DNA of 64,000 nucleotides from NCBI GenBank assembly GCA_964415295.1, contig CAYPYN010000005.1, positions 251,321 through 315,320 of the forward strand. Direction: 5' to 3'. Below the pieces are notes generated by a model, which was given only the letters and a program-made list of their open reading frames with translations, made no database searches and was not told the DNA's origin. Shown piece by piece: positions 35,968-45,785 of the stretch. The DNA comes from an uncultured Bacteroidota bacterium. GTDB taxonomy: Bacteria > CLD3 > SB21. A program made the position numbers and the translations under genes. Position 1 is the first letter of the stretch. Each line of letters opens with the position of its first letter.

Positions 35968-36834
35968 TTATTCCTCCACCGGATGATCAGAACTCATATA
36001 GAAGTAGTTGTACGCAAGCGACATGACCACGGCAAAGGCTGTAGCGCCGATTCCGAGAAGCGCATTGGCATAATTCGGCGCCGTCAGGGATAGACGTATG
36101 AGTACGGTCGCAGCAACAAATCCGGAATTTCTGAACAAAACTGGAAAACGTGTCGTGTATCGAAGTGCGATCAACACGATCAGGATATCGCTGAATATAA
36201 GAAGAGTGTAGAAACTTGGGAAGAATATCGATTCGGCGCCGTTGAGCATTTGGCCGATGTTCGCTAGGCCCAATATTCCAAAAGCCACCAGAAGTATCAG
36301 AGCCAGTATCTTTTTTGCAGCAATAAAACTCGTTTGTTCCGTATCATCATGCGTGATCCGTTTATGCTTTTGGATCTTATAATAGAACCCGATCAGAACG
36401 AACACTGCCAGTGCACCCACAAGATCGGCCACGATGACATAGATTGAGACCGATGCGCGTTCCCAGGTGATTGGCTCACCGAAGGTCCCGAACTCGTTGA
36501 AGGCCTTTCGCAGAAGGATGAGGGAGAGAAGCTCCAGTTGTTTTCCAAGCGCGTTGGCTACGGAGCGCGGCAGGATAAATACCAGCGATAATACTTCGAT
36601 GATCAGAAGCAGCGTGAAGGCATTGGTCACAGCTTCAAAGTGACTCTTCCCGAAAAACATCCTCAACCACCCGGGCAAAAGCTCCTGACGGTGCAGTTCC
36701 GTCATAACGAGGGTCGTCAAAAAAGCTATTACCATGACCATACCGATAAACCGGTGGGTATGGATGCTGTCCCAGGTTTTGAATAGACGGTCAAAAAGCG
36801 CTGACCCCGGCGTCAATATGAACTTGTGAATCAT
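35968..36834 (-). CDS. Uncharacterized multi-pass membrane protein
   Basis: 288-aa ORF with about 7 hydrophobic segments and its own sigma70-type promoter. Confidence 0.75.
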   Translation of the reverse strand: MIHKFILTPGSALFDRLFKTWDSIHTHRFIGMVMVIAFLTTLVMTELHRQELLPGWLRMFFGKSHFEAVTNAFTLLLIIEVLSLVFILPRSVANALGKQLELLSLILLRKAFNEFGTFGEPITWERASVSIYVIVADLVGALAVFVLIGFYYKIQKHKRITHDDTEQTSFIAAKKILALILLVAFGILGLANIGQMLNGAESIFFPSFYTLLIFSDILIVLIALRYTTRFPVLFRNSGFVAATVLIRLSLTAPNYANALLGIGATAFAVVMSLAYNYFYMSSDHPVEE

Positions 36835-36862
36835 ATAAAGAATCGGATGGGATGACTATGAC

Positions 36863-36891
36863 ATAATAAATCTAATCCGAATATAAGTCAA
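36863..36891 (-). promoter_or_regulatory. Sigma70-type promoter of the membrane protein gene
   Basis: Minus strand TTGACT-N17-TATTAT, about 29 nt upstream of ATG 36834. Confidence 0.6.
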
Positions 36892-36999
36892 GAATTCTAT
36901 GCGGTCTATTCTTATTTCTCCTTGAATTTCCTTCAATAATTTGATACCTTCGCTGTGTAAAAATTTTCAGTTTCACTCCCACATACGGTTCATTCTTGA

Positions 37000-38058
37000 A
37001 TGAAAAAGATCGCTGTTATCCCCGGCGACGGGATCGGAGCCGAAGTAACTAACGAGGCCAAAAAAGCCATCCTTTCTTCTCTATCCAAGAAATCCATGGA
37101 TATCGAACTCGTTGACATGGACTACGGCGCCGAAAAGTATCTCAAAACAGGTGTAACGATGCCGGAAGAACAATATGAGGACTTCCGTCAGAACTATTCG
37201 GCGATCCTTATGGGAGCTTTTGGCGATCCGCGGGTGCCGGGCAACGAACACGCCAAAGATATATTGCTGGGCACACGATTCAAACTTGATCTGTATGTCA
37301 ATTTTCGTCCGGTCAAACTGCTCGATGAGAAATTCTGTCCGCTTAAGAATAAGTCGGTGAGAGATGTTGATTTTACTGTTTTTCGCGAAAACACCGAGGG
37401 GGTCTATGTAGGCGTCGGCGGTATTTTTAAGAAAGGCACACCGGATGAGATAGCGATACAGGAGGAGATCAATACACGAAAAGGCGTGGAGCGTATCATT
37501 CGCTACGCTTTCGAATTCGCCGCAAAGCATTACCTGAAAAAAGTCGCGATGGCCGATAAAAGCAATGCCATGCAGCACGGACACAATCTTTGGTACCGCT
37601 GTTTCTTTGAAGTTGGCAAGGAATATCCGCAGATCCAGGCAAGACATTTTTACATCGATGCGCTGGCGATGATGATGGTCCGAAACCCCGAGGAATTCGA
37701 AGTGATCGTGACCAATAACCTCTTCGGCGATATCATCACGGATATTGGTGCTCAATTACAGGGCGGCATGGGCCTCGCCGCTTCCGGAAATATCAACCCG
37801 CACGGTGTCTCGATGTTCGAACCGGTCCATGGAAGCGCTCCGGATATCGCTGGAAAAAACCTTGCCAATCCAGTTGCGGCTATCCTGACGGCAGAAATGA
37901 TGCTGAGGCATTTAGGATATACCGAGAACGCCGATATGATCGACCGCGCCGTTCGTATCGCGATTCAGAAAAATAAACTGACCAAAGAGTTGGGCGGGGA
38001 TCTTGGCACCAGAGAATGCGGAGATTTCATTTGTGATGCCATCAAGCATGGTAACTGA
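37000..38058 (+). CDS. Isocitrate/isopropylmalate dehydrogenase family protein (probable 3-isopropylmalate dehydrogenase; tartrate/D-malate dehydrogenase not excluded)
   Basis: IAVIPGDGIGAEV, LDLYVNFRPVK, RENTEG.Y, NLFGDIITD, MFEPVHGSAPDIAGKN.ANP.AAIL...MML. No leuC/leuD in the window. Confidence 0.85.
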   Translation: MKKIAVIPGDGIGAEVTNEAKKAILSSLSKKSMDIELVDMDYGAEKYLKTGVTMPEEQYEDFRQNYSAILMGAFGDPRVPGNEHAKDILLGTRFKLDLYVNFRPVKLLDEKFCPLKNKSVRDVDFTVFRENTEGVYVGVGGIFKKGTPDEIAIQEEINTRKGVERIIRYAFEFAAKHYLKKVAMADKSNAMQHGHNLWYRCFFEVGKEYPQIQARHFYIDALAMMMVRNPEEFEVIVTNNLFGDIITDIGAQLQGGMGLAASGNINPHGVSMFEPVHGSAPDIAGKNLANPVAAILTAEMMLRHLGYTENADMIDRAVRIAIQKNKLTKELGGDLGTRECGDFICDAIKHGN

Positions 38059-38109
38059 TTCTGAAGCGGTGTGCTATTCTGAAATTCAAAATCTATAACT
38101 TCTGATTTT

Positions 38110-39081
38110 ATGATCATCGTCACCGGCGGCGCCGGATTCATAGGCAGTGCTACCGTAAAGAAACTCAACGACTGCGGAATCGAACAAATTCTGGTGGTAG
38201 ATAATCTCGGAACTTCCGACAAGTGGAAAAACCTGAACGGAAAGAAATTCTCAGATTATATCCATAAGGATGAGTTCATCAAACTGATCGAGAACCAGGC
38301 TAATTTCGACGATACCGAGGCCGTCATCCATTTCGGGGCTTGTTCCTCTACGACGGAGCAGGACGCGGATTATTTGATGAGAAACAATTACCACTATTCG
38401 CGAACCCTCGCCGAATGGGCTATAGCGCGTAATATCCGTTTTATTTATGCCAGCAGCGCAGCAACCTATGGCGACGGGGCTTTGGGATTCTCCGATGACG
38501 ACGAATCAAGTTACAAGTTACGCCCTCTCAACAAATACGGATTTTCGAAACAGCTTTTTGACTTGTGGGTTCTGAATAATAAACTGACCGGCAAAGTGAC
38601 CGGACTTAAATTTTTCAATGTTTTCGGCCCCAACGAATACCACAAAGGCGACATGCGGAGTCTGATCAATAAAGCGTTTTTTCAGATCAAGGAAACCGGC
38701 AAGGTCCGGCTTTTTAAATCGCACCGCGAGGACTACGCAGACGGAGAGCAGGTTCGCGATTTTGTCTACATCAAAGATTGCCTGGATGTGATATGGTGGT
38801 TCCTCCGCAATCCCAAAGCCTGCGGGATTTATAATCTCGGCACCGGCAAAGCGCGATCGTGGAACGATCTCGTAAAGGCCATATTCGGAGCCATGGGCCA
38901 GAAACCTAGAATCGATTACATCGATATGCCGGAGTCCATTCGAAACGCGTATCAATACCATACGGAATCGAAGATGGAAAAATTGCGCGCAGCGGGATGT
39001 TCAGTGGAATTCCGCTCATTGGAAGAATCCGTTCGGGATTACGTAAGCGAGTATTTGCAGAAAGATCTTTCATATTTGTAA
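38110..39081 (+). CDS. hldD: ADP-L-glycero-D-manno-heptose 6-epimerase
   Basis: MIIVTGGAGFIGS, HFGACSSTTE.D..YLM.NN, YASSAATYG, PLN.YG.SKQLFD, GLKFFNVFGPNEYHKG.M.S, RDFVY.KD, Y..T. Confidence 0.95.
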   Translation: MIIVTGGAGFIGSATVKKLNDCGIEQILVVDNLGTSDKWKNLNGKKFSDYIHKDEFIKLIENQANFDDTEAVIHFGACSSTTEQDADYLMRNNYHYSRTLAEWAIARNIRFIYASSAATYGDGALGFSDDDESSYKLRPLNKYGFSKQLFDLWVLNNKLTGKVTGLKFFNVFGPNEYHKGDMRSLINKAFFQIKETGKVRLFKSHREDYADGEQVRDFVYIKDCLDVIWWFLRNPKACGIYNLGTGKARSWNDLVKAIFGAMGQKPRIDYIDMPESIRNAYQYHTESKMEKLRAAGCSVEFRSLEESVRDYVSEYLQKDLSYL

Positions 39082-39136
39082 CTTGGCTTACTAATATGAA
39101 AGCCAAAAACAAAGTCGGGTTTTAAATGACACTCTA

Positions 39137-39349
39137 ATGAATCAAAAATCTGAATTAACTGACCAGGAATTGATGGACGAATCAAAAAAAGTCAAATCGT
39201 CTCCTTTAATAGATGCGTTTTTTATTGGATTTTTGGTTGGAATACTAATCTATGGTTTTGTGGCTAATAGTTGGGGTTTTCTTACCTTAATTCCATTAAT
39301 CATGGTTTATAAATTATTGAAAAAACCGAAAAGACATGAAGCAGGCTGA
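39137..39349 (+). CDS. Small AT-rich membrane protein (70 aa, two TM)
   Basis: ELTDQEL.DE.KK.KSS..IDAFFIGFLVGILIY....NSWGFLTLIPL..VYKL resembles a small conserved protein family I recall from Bacteroidota; DNA is locally AT-rich. Confidence 0.65.
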   Translation: MNQKSELTDQELMDESKKVKSSPLIDAFFIGFLVGILIYGFVANSWGFLTLIPLIMVYKLLKKPKRHEAG

Positions 39350-39379
39350 CTTCTTCAATAACAGAAACGAAAGGTCGTT

Positions 39380-40342
39380 ATGATCACTTTTGACGACATT
39401 CTGGACGCCAATCGACGGGTGGCTCCCATCGTTCATCACACGCCTCTGTTTACGTCTGAAGCATTGAATCAGGTTACCGGCAATGAACTTCATTTCAAAT
39501 GCGAGAACCTTCAAAGGATCGGCGCTTTTAAAATTCGCGGTGCCTATAATAAGATTAGCTCTCTCTCGGCGGATCAGCTGAAACGGGGTGTCGTGGCGTT
39601 TTCTTCCGGAAATCACGCCCAAGGAGTGGCTCTCGCGGCCAAACTCCTGAATACCACAGCCAAGATCGTCATGCCGGATAATTCGCCAAAATCAAAAGTA
39701 GAGGCTACGCGACGATACGGGGCCGAGATCATTGTTTATGAATACAAAAAAGGCGATCGGGAAGCGATCGCAAAAAAGATTGCCGATGAAGAAGGGCGAA
39801 CCGTTGTTCCTCCTTTTAATGATGAATTGATCATGGCCGGACAAGGAACGGTTGGCCTTGAGATATTCGACGATATCAAGCGTCTTGATTACGTATTCAT
39901 TCCCGTGGGAGGCGGCGGCCTTATATCCGGGAATGCTGTGGCGTTAAAATATCTGATGTCCCGCGTGAAGATCATTGGAGTCGAGACCGAGGCCGCCAAC
40001 GACGCTTACCAATCCTTCCGCAAAGGCGAGATCGTGACCATTTCTCCTCCGGACACTATTGCCGACGGGATGCGCACCTTATCCTTAGGAACAAAGACTT
40101 TTGAAGTGATCAAACAGAAAGTGGATGATATCGTTACCGTAAGCGATGCGCAGGTTATTGACGCCATGGAGTGGATCTACTCGCGTCTCAAGGTCGTCGT
40201 TGAACCGACCGGAGCCGTAGCGTTTGCGGCGGTTATGAAAAACGAACTGAAGATCAAAAACAAAAGGATCGGCATTATTCTCAGCGGCGGCAATGTGGAT
40301 ATGGATCACTTTTTTGATGTTCTGAGAAAGTATCATGCTTAG
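39380..40342 (+). CDS. PLP-dependent threonine/serine dehydratase-family enzyme, catalytic domain only (no ACT domain)
   Basis: FKCENLQRIGAFKIRGAYN, SSGNHAQGVA, IMAGQGTVGLE, PVGGGGLISG, TIADGM, VEPTGA, ILSGGNVD. Confidence 0.9.
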   Translation: MITFDDILDANRRVAPIVHHTPLFTSEALNQVTGNELHFKCENLQRIGAFKIRGAYNKISSLSADQLKRGVVAFSSGNHAQGVALAAKLLNTTAKIVMPDNSPKSKVEATRRYGAEIIVYEYKKGDREAIAKKIADEEGRTVVPPFNDELIMAGQGTVGLEIFDDIKRLDYVFIPVGGGGLISGNAVALKYLMSRVKIIGVETEAANDAYQSFRKGEIVTISPPDTIADGMRTLSLGTKTFEVIKQKVDDIVTVSDAQVIDAMEWIYSRLKVVVEPTGAVAFAAVMKNELKIKNKRIGIILSGGNVDMDHFFDVLRKYHA

Positions 40343-41873
40343 AGATAACTTACGATCGATACTGACCGGCCATGCAAGACCCCGTGTTTTAGTGGTTGGT
40401 GATATCATTCTCGATAAATTTATTTGGGGAAATGTCGAGCGCATATCCCCGGAAGCCCCGGTACAAGTCGTTAACATCCAGCGCGAAAACACGGCTTTGG
40501 GCGGCGCGGCCAATGTAGCGCACAATCTTGCGGCCATCGATGCCGATGTGACGTTGCTGGGTGTGATCGGTAACGATGAGAATGGAAAGATCCTCCGGCG
40601 CGAATTCAAAAATCTTGGTATTAGAACCGACGGTCTGATCGCCGACCTATCCAGACCGACCACTACCAAAACCCGGGTGATCGCCGGAAGCCAACAGGTA
40701 GTACGAATCGATCATGAGACCGCTCTGCCTGTTTCTAAACCTATCGAAGATCGGTTGTTGATTTATATCAGAAAGAACATGCCGCATTTTTCCGCCGTGA
40801 TTATTTCTGATTATCAGAAGGGTGTCCTGACCGACCGCGTTATCAGGACAACGATTCAAACGGCCAAACAACACGGTATCAAATCGATCGTCGATCCTAA
40901 ACGAAAAGACTTTTCGATCTATGCCGGCGCTTCCCTGATCAAGCCCAATCTCAAAGAAGCCGAAGCGGCTATGGGTGATAAACTCAAAACCGAAGGTGAA
41001 TTGAAGAAAGCCGCCGCGAGATTATTAAAAGAACACAAGTTTGAAGGTGTCTTAATTACGCGCGGCCGTGAAGGCATGCTGTTAAGAGAAAGATCCTCTG
41101 AGGAAATCATTTCTGCCACAGCCAGAGAAGTGTTTGATGTAACGGGTGCGGGCGACACCGTCATTGCGTATTTAGGCTATCTGATCGCGTGCGGATTTTC
41201 TTTTTCTGAAGCGGCCACCCTCGCTAATGTGGCTGCCGGCATTGCCGTTAGCCGGGTAGGAACGGTCACTGTGACCAAATCAGAGGTCTTGCATCAATGG
41301 GATGAAAATGCAGGCGGTTCTAAGAAGATCATAACTCTCAGTGAACTCATGAAGATCCTGCCTTCGATTCGCCGCAACAAAGAGATCGTCTTCACCAACG
41401 GTTGTTTTGATATACTCCACGTCGGTCATATTACTTTGTTCCGCAAAGCACGGGCTCTCGGTGATCTCCTGATCGTGGGCGTCAATACCGACGCCTCGAT
41501 TCGCAGGATCAAAGGAGAGAAGCGTCCCATCGTCAGTCAAGAGGAGCGTTCGCATATATTGTCCGCACTGGAATCTGTGGATCATGTTGTCCTCTTTGAT
41601 GAAGATACACCGTTGCAGCTTATCAAGAACATTAAGCCGGACATACTGGTTAAAGGTTCAGACTATACGGTGAACAGGGTTGTGGGACACGAAATCGTAG
41701 AATCATATGGAGGTCGGGTCGAGTTGGTCGATTTGGTCGTAGGTTTTTCCACAACAAATATCATCGATTCGATCCTGAAAAACTATTCTTCCGAGAAACC
41801 GTCCGTTGGGAAAACCGGCTCACGACGCGGCAAAAATTCAAAACGTCAATCTCACAAAAAAGGCAAGCCCTGA
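40335..41873 (+). CDS. hldE: Bifunctional heptose 7-phosphate kinase / heptose 1-phosphate adenylyltransferase
   Basis: VLVVGDIILD....G.V.RISPEAPV, LGGAANVA.N, ISDYQKG, DVTGAGDTV, then VFTNGCFDILHVGH......A..LGD.LIVGVNTDASIRR.KG..RP. Confidence 0.95.
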   Translation: MLRDNLRSILTGHARPRVLVVGDIILDKFIWGNVERISPEAPVQVVNIQRENTALGGAANVAHNLAAIDADVTLLGVIGNDENGKILRREFKNLGIRTDGLIADLSRPTTTKTRVIAGSQQVVRIDHETALPVSKPIEDRLLIYIRKNMPHFSAVIISDYQKGVLTDRVIRTTIQTAKQHGIKSIVDPKRKDFSIYAGASLIKPNLKEAEAAMGDKLKTEGELKKAAARLLKEHKFEGVLITRGREGMLLRERSSEEIISATAREVFDVTGAGDTVIAYLGYLIACGFSFSEAATLANVAAGIAVSRVGTVTVTKSEVLHQWDENAGGSKKIITLSELMKILPSIRRNKEIVFTNGCFDILHVGHITLFRKARALGDLLIVGVNTDASIRRIKGEKRPIVSQEERSHILSALESVDHVVLFDEDTPLQLIKNIKPDILVKGSDYTVNRVVGHEIVESYGGRVELVDLVVGFSTTNIIDSILKNYSSEKPSVGKTGSRRGKNSKRQSHKKGKP

Positions 41874-41886
41874 AAGATCGTTTTGA

Positions 41887-43044
41887 ATGAACGTAAAGAA
41901 AAAGATCTCACTGATCGGACCTTGTCATCCTTACAGAGGCGGCAATGCGCTTTTTGTGACACACCTGTATCATTCGCTTAAAGACCGCTTCGATATCCAG
42001 GTTCTCAATTATTCCTTGCTGTATCCAAATTTTCTTTTTCCCGGAACGACCCAGTTCGACCTGAGCCAAAAACCCATCAACCCTGTTCCGAATGAACGGG
42101 TGGTCAATTCGGTCAACCCTTTCTCGTGGATCAGAACCGCCCGGCGTATCAGATCCTTTGATCCCGATCTCATCGTCTTTGACTGGTGGAATCCGTTTTT
42201 TGGTCCGGCCCATTTCGGTATTTCGTGGTTCCTGAAAAAGCCGTTCCGTAATAAACTACTTTTTATCACGGAGAATGTGATCTCACACGAGGGCCGTTGG
42301 ATCGACAGAATATTGACCAGAATCGGCCTTCGGCACGCTTCGGCTTTTCTGGCTTTGTCCGAAAATGTTGTCAGCGATCTGAATTTCATCCGAAAAGACA
42401 GAAGAGTATACCGTTCCGAACTCCCGATCTACGATTGTTACGAAGAATTAGAGAAATTCGATCCGGTATCGGAAAGGAAAGAACTTGGGTTTACGCCGCA
42501 AGATAAAGTGATCCTGTTTTTTGGATACATCCGGAAATACAAAGGTCTCGATATTCTTCTCAAAGCTTTTCCGGACGTCCTAAAGGATTTTCCAGACGCA
42601 AAATTACTGATCGTCGGGGAATTCTATGACGATCCGCAGACGTATTTATCTTTGATTGATTCTCTCGGCATTAAAAACGCCGTAAAGGTCGTAAATCAAT
42701 TTGTTCCCAATGAAGCTGTCGGGAAATATTATTCGGCTTCCGACGTGGTCGTTCTACCGTATCGCACGGGAACTCAAAGCGGCATTCTCAATGTAGCTTA
42801 CGGGTTTGAACGTCCGGTGATTGTTACCGATGTGGGCGGACTGGCGGAATCGGTTGAAGAGGGAATTACCGGTTTGATTGCAGCGCCGGAATCTGAGGAA
42901 GCGTTGAGACAAGCGATTTCCAGGTTTTACTCTATGAAAGGTACGACCGACTTTGCCGGACAGATCCGACGTAAGACTCGGTCAAATTTATTCTCAGACA
43001 TTTCAGGCCTTTTTGATACTATAATGCAGGAAAGCCGATCATGA
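41887..43044 (+). CDS. Glycosyltransferase family 4
   Basis: GP.HPYRGG, QY P..LFPG..Q, ILFFGYIRKYKGLD.L, Y.SASDVVVLPY..GTQSG. Confidence 0.9.
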   Translation: MNVKKKISLIGPCHPYRGGNALFVTHLYHSLKDRFDIQVLNYSLLYPNFLFPGTTQFDLSQKPINPVPNERVVNSVNPFSWIRTARRIRSFDPDLIVFDWWNPFFGPAHFGISWFLKKPFRNKLLFITENVISHEGRWIDRILTRIGLRHASAFLALSENVVSDLNFIRKDRRVYRSELPIYDCYEELEKFDPVSERKELGFTPQDKVILFFGYIRKYKGLDILLKAFPDVLKDFPDAKLLIVGEFYDDPQTYLSLIDSLGIKNAVKVVNQFVPNEAVGKYYSASDVVVLPYRTGTQSGILNVAYGFERPVIVTDVGGLAESVEEGITGLIAAPESEEALRQAISRFYSMKGTTDFAGQIRRKTRSNLFSDISGLFDTIMQESRS

Positions 43045-44165
43045 TACTAAAAGCGGACTGCCGCCATTTTCCGGGCGATCGCCCCTGTTCTTTTCACAAA
43101 CGAACGGGTGTGACATGCGATGTTTGTAAAGACTACGCTCCCGTTAAAGAGAAGATCCTTGTGATCAAATTTGACGCCCTGGGCGATGTATTGAGGACAA
43201 CCGCGATTTTACCGTCCTTGCGCAAACGGTTTCCGGAAGCACAGATCACCTGGCTGTCCAGATCTAATGCCGCCGATATCTTTCGCCATAATTCTTACGT
43301 TGATCGCTTCTGGTCCATGGAAGATCCGGCAACTCTGGCAAAATTGTCGCTTGAGGAATTCGATCTGATGGTCCATCCGGATGCGTCCTCCGCAAGCGCT
43401 TACTATGCCGGTTTGAGCAAAGCAAAGGTAAAGAAAGGTTTTTCTATAGATTCAAAAGGGTGCGTTCTTCCCATTAACAAAGAGGCTGCTGAATGGTTTG
43501 AACTCGGAGCGTTTGACAACCTGAAAAAACAAAACCGCAAACCGTACCAGCAGGTTATCCATGAAATCGCGGGTTTGCCGTATGAAAAGTCGGAGATCGT
43601 CATCGAATTGACCGATGCGGAAAGACTTTTTGCAAAGCAGTTCTACGACACGCGCGCGTTAAACAAGTTTGATTTCATCGTAGGACTCAATACCGGTGCC
43701 GGCGGCCGATGGAAATACAAGAAATGGACTTTGCAGGGTTATAAAGATCTTATTCGTGCATTGAGTCAAAAATACCGTTGCGGGATTCTTTTATACGGCG
43801 GTCATGAAGAGATCGAGAGAAATAAGCAGCTTTCTGTAATGGGGCAAAATGTGATTGATACGGGAACCAATAATTCGCTTCGGGAATTTTTCGCGTTGAT
43901 ATCCCTATCCGACATAGTGGTCACAGGCGATACCATGGCCCTGCACACAGCCGCCGCTTTGAAGAAGCAGGTCATATGTCTATTTGGCCCAACTTCGGCC
44001 AATGAGATCGAGGATTATGGCCGCATTATCAAAGTACAGCCGGCTTTGGATTGTCTGGTTTGCTACAAAATGGACTGTGATTTCGTGCCCAATTGTATGG
44101 ATTCTATTTCGGTCCAGATGGTTATGGAGGCTGTTGAAGCGGCAGAAAAGAAAAGACACCAATGA
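43041..44165 (+). CDS. Glycosyltransferase family 9 (heptosyltransferase-like) with Cys-rich termini
   Basis: ILVIK..ALGDVLRTT.ILP.L...FP.A.ITW, GLNTGAG.RW..K.W, IVVTGDTMALH.AAAL.K.V..LFGPT; N-terminal DCRHF.G..PC..HK....C..C. Confidence 0.9.
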   Translation: MILKADCRHFPGDRPCSFHKRTGVTCDVCKDYAPVKEKILVIKFDALGDVLRTTAILPSLRKRFPEAQITWLSRSNAADIFRHNSYVDRFWSMEDPATLAKLSLEEFDLMVHPDASSASAYYAGLSKAKVKKGFSIDSKGCVLPINKEAAEWFELGAFDNLKKQNRKPYQQVIHEIAGLPYEKSEIVIELTDAERLFAKQFYDTRALNKFDFIVGLNTGAGGRWKYKKWTLQGYKDLIRALSQKYRCGILLYGGHEEIERNKQLSVMGQNVIDTGTNNSLREFFALISLSDIVVTGDTMALHTAAALKKQVICLFGPTSANEIEDYGRIIKVQPALDCLVCYKMDCDFVPNCMDSISVQMVMEAVEAAEKKRHQ

Positions 44166-44240
44166 ATCTATTGAACTATCGTAAAGGCCGCTAGTCTGAA
44201 TCCCGTTCACAACAATCCTGTTTCCAAAGACACGCTGATC

Positions 44241-45704
44241 GTGGCCCGGGGAGCTTTTGTCAACCTCATTGGAAATATCGGCAAATTCTCTCATTTCGGT
44301 TTCGATATCGTAGCTGCGCGGGTCATGGGGCAGAATATTTTCGGTTACTACAGCACGACCTGGCTGATCCTGCATCTTTCGTTCATTGTTTGCTATTTTG
44401 GTGCACACCGGCTGATCATTGATGCGGTCGTGCGCAGTAAAGCCGAAAAGAACGACGATTTTTACCGGTCTGTACTTGCTTATCTCCTTCTTAGTTTTAC
44501 ACTCAGCTTATTACTGGTTGCCGGTATTCACCTTTTTGCCGGTGACATCGCACGGGCTTTGGATAAACCTCCGATCGAAGATTATCTTAAGATCGTTGTT
44601 TGGTCCGCCCCGTTTTATTGCTCTACTACGATCTTCTTATCGGCTACCCGCGGCCTCAAGATCATGCGCTTCTGGGTGATCATACGCCAGGGATTGGAAC
44701 CGCTTTCCGATTTTTTAATGATCTCTTTCTTCTTTTTCGTCCTTCACTCCTATGCGGCGCCTTTTTGGGCTAAAGTCGTGTCGTTTCTCGTTGGTTCTTG
44801 TTTATCACTTTTCATTTTTCACAAGCACTTCCCGGCCCTTGGGATTTTCAGACGATGGCCGTCCAGGAAGATTTGGAAACGTATACTCACCTTCGGCTTT
44901 CCGGTCATGTGCGCCGATTTTCTTTCGATCGTTACCTTGCGGCTTGACATTATCCCCCTCAGTATTCTCGTACCCGCGGCCCAGGTCGCTATATTCCAGG
45001 TTGTCCTTAATATAGGAAACGTGATGCGCAATCTGCCGCAGGCCATCGATCCGATTCTGATGCCTTTGGTGGTGGAAATGAGGCTGAAAAATGATACCAG
45101 AGGGCTGGAAAATATTTATTCAACATTGATCCGCGTAGGTCTTTTTCTGGCTTTTGGATTTTTCATTCTGATCTCCGTTTTCGGTGATATGCTCCTGTCT
45201 ATTTATGGTAACGATTTTACTTCGGGCTTCTTGGCGTTGATATTGGTGTGTTTTGGCATCATGATTAATGTGACTTTCTCGAGCGTCGAACCGATCCTTG
45301 TGATGTCCGGTTTTCCCTATGTGAATTTGTTTAATAACCTTCTTTTTGTTGCAACCAATCTGATCCTCGATTTCTGGCTTATCCCGGTTTATGGAATTCT
45401 TGGTGCCGGAATCGGAAGCTTGTGTGCTTCATTGTTAACATCCGCCGTTCAGATTTTCGAGCTGTACGTATTGCTTAGACTTCGTCCGCTTCATTGGAGT
45501 CTGTTTGTGATTGTAATTTTCGGATTCTTGTTTTTTGTTTTATTCAGAGCTATGGATCATCTTTTGCAGGGCTTACCTTACCCGTTTATATACCGATCCG
45601 TTGAATTTGTCCTGTACATTGCTCTTTATCTGTTGACCGGCTGGAAATGGTATCTCACCGGTGAAGAGCGGGTTATGTTTGGAGGCATATTCAAAAAACA
45701 CTAA
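44241..45704 (+). CDS. Wzx-like oligosaccharide/polysaccharide flippase
   Basis: About 14 hydrophobic segments; G....FGYY, F..PV, D...L......QVAIFQ, L..YG..F..G..AL.. The frame is open upstream to about 44175, so the start may be earlier. Confidence 0.82.
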   Translation: MARGAFVNLIGNIGKFSHFGFDIVAARVMGQNIFGYYSTTWLILHLSFIVCYFGAHRLIIDAVVRSKAEKNDDFYRSVLAYLLLSFTLSLLLVAGIHLFAGDIARALDKPPIEDYLKIVVWSAPFYCSTTIFLSATRGLKIMRFWVIIRQGLEPLSDFLMISFFFFVLHSYAAPFWAKVVSFLVGSCLSLFIFHKHFPALGIFRRWPSRKIWKRILTFGFPVMCADFLSIVTLRLDIIPLSILVPAAQVAIFQVVLNIGNVMRNLPQAIDPILMPLVVEMRLKNDTRGLENIYSTLIRVGLFLAFGFFILISVFGDMLLSIYGNDFTSGFLALILVCFGIMINVTFSSVEPILVMSGFPYVNLFNNLLFVATNLILDFWLIPVYGILGAGIGSLCASLLTSAVQIFELYVLLRLRPLHWSLFVIVIFGFLFFVLFRAMDHLLQGLPYPFIYRSVEFVLYIALYLLTGWKWYLTGEERVMFGGIFKKH

Positions 45705-45785
45705 CCTGCCCCCCGCACTATTTAATTTTCTTTTTATTTTGCTTTGTCTTAAATTCCGGCATAGAACAATTCAGAGGAGCTGGCC

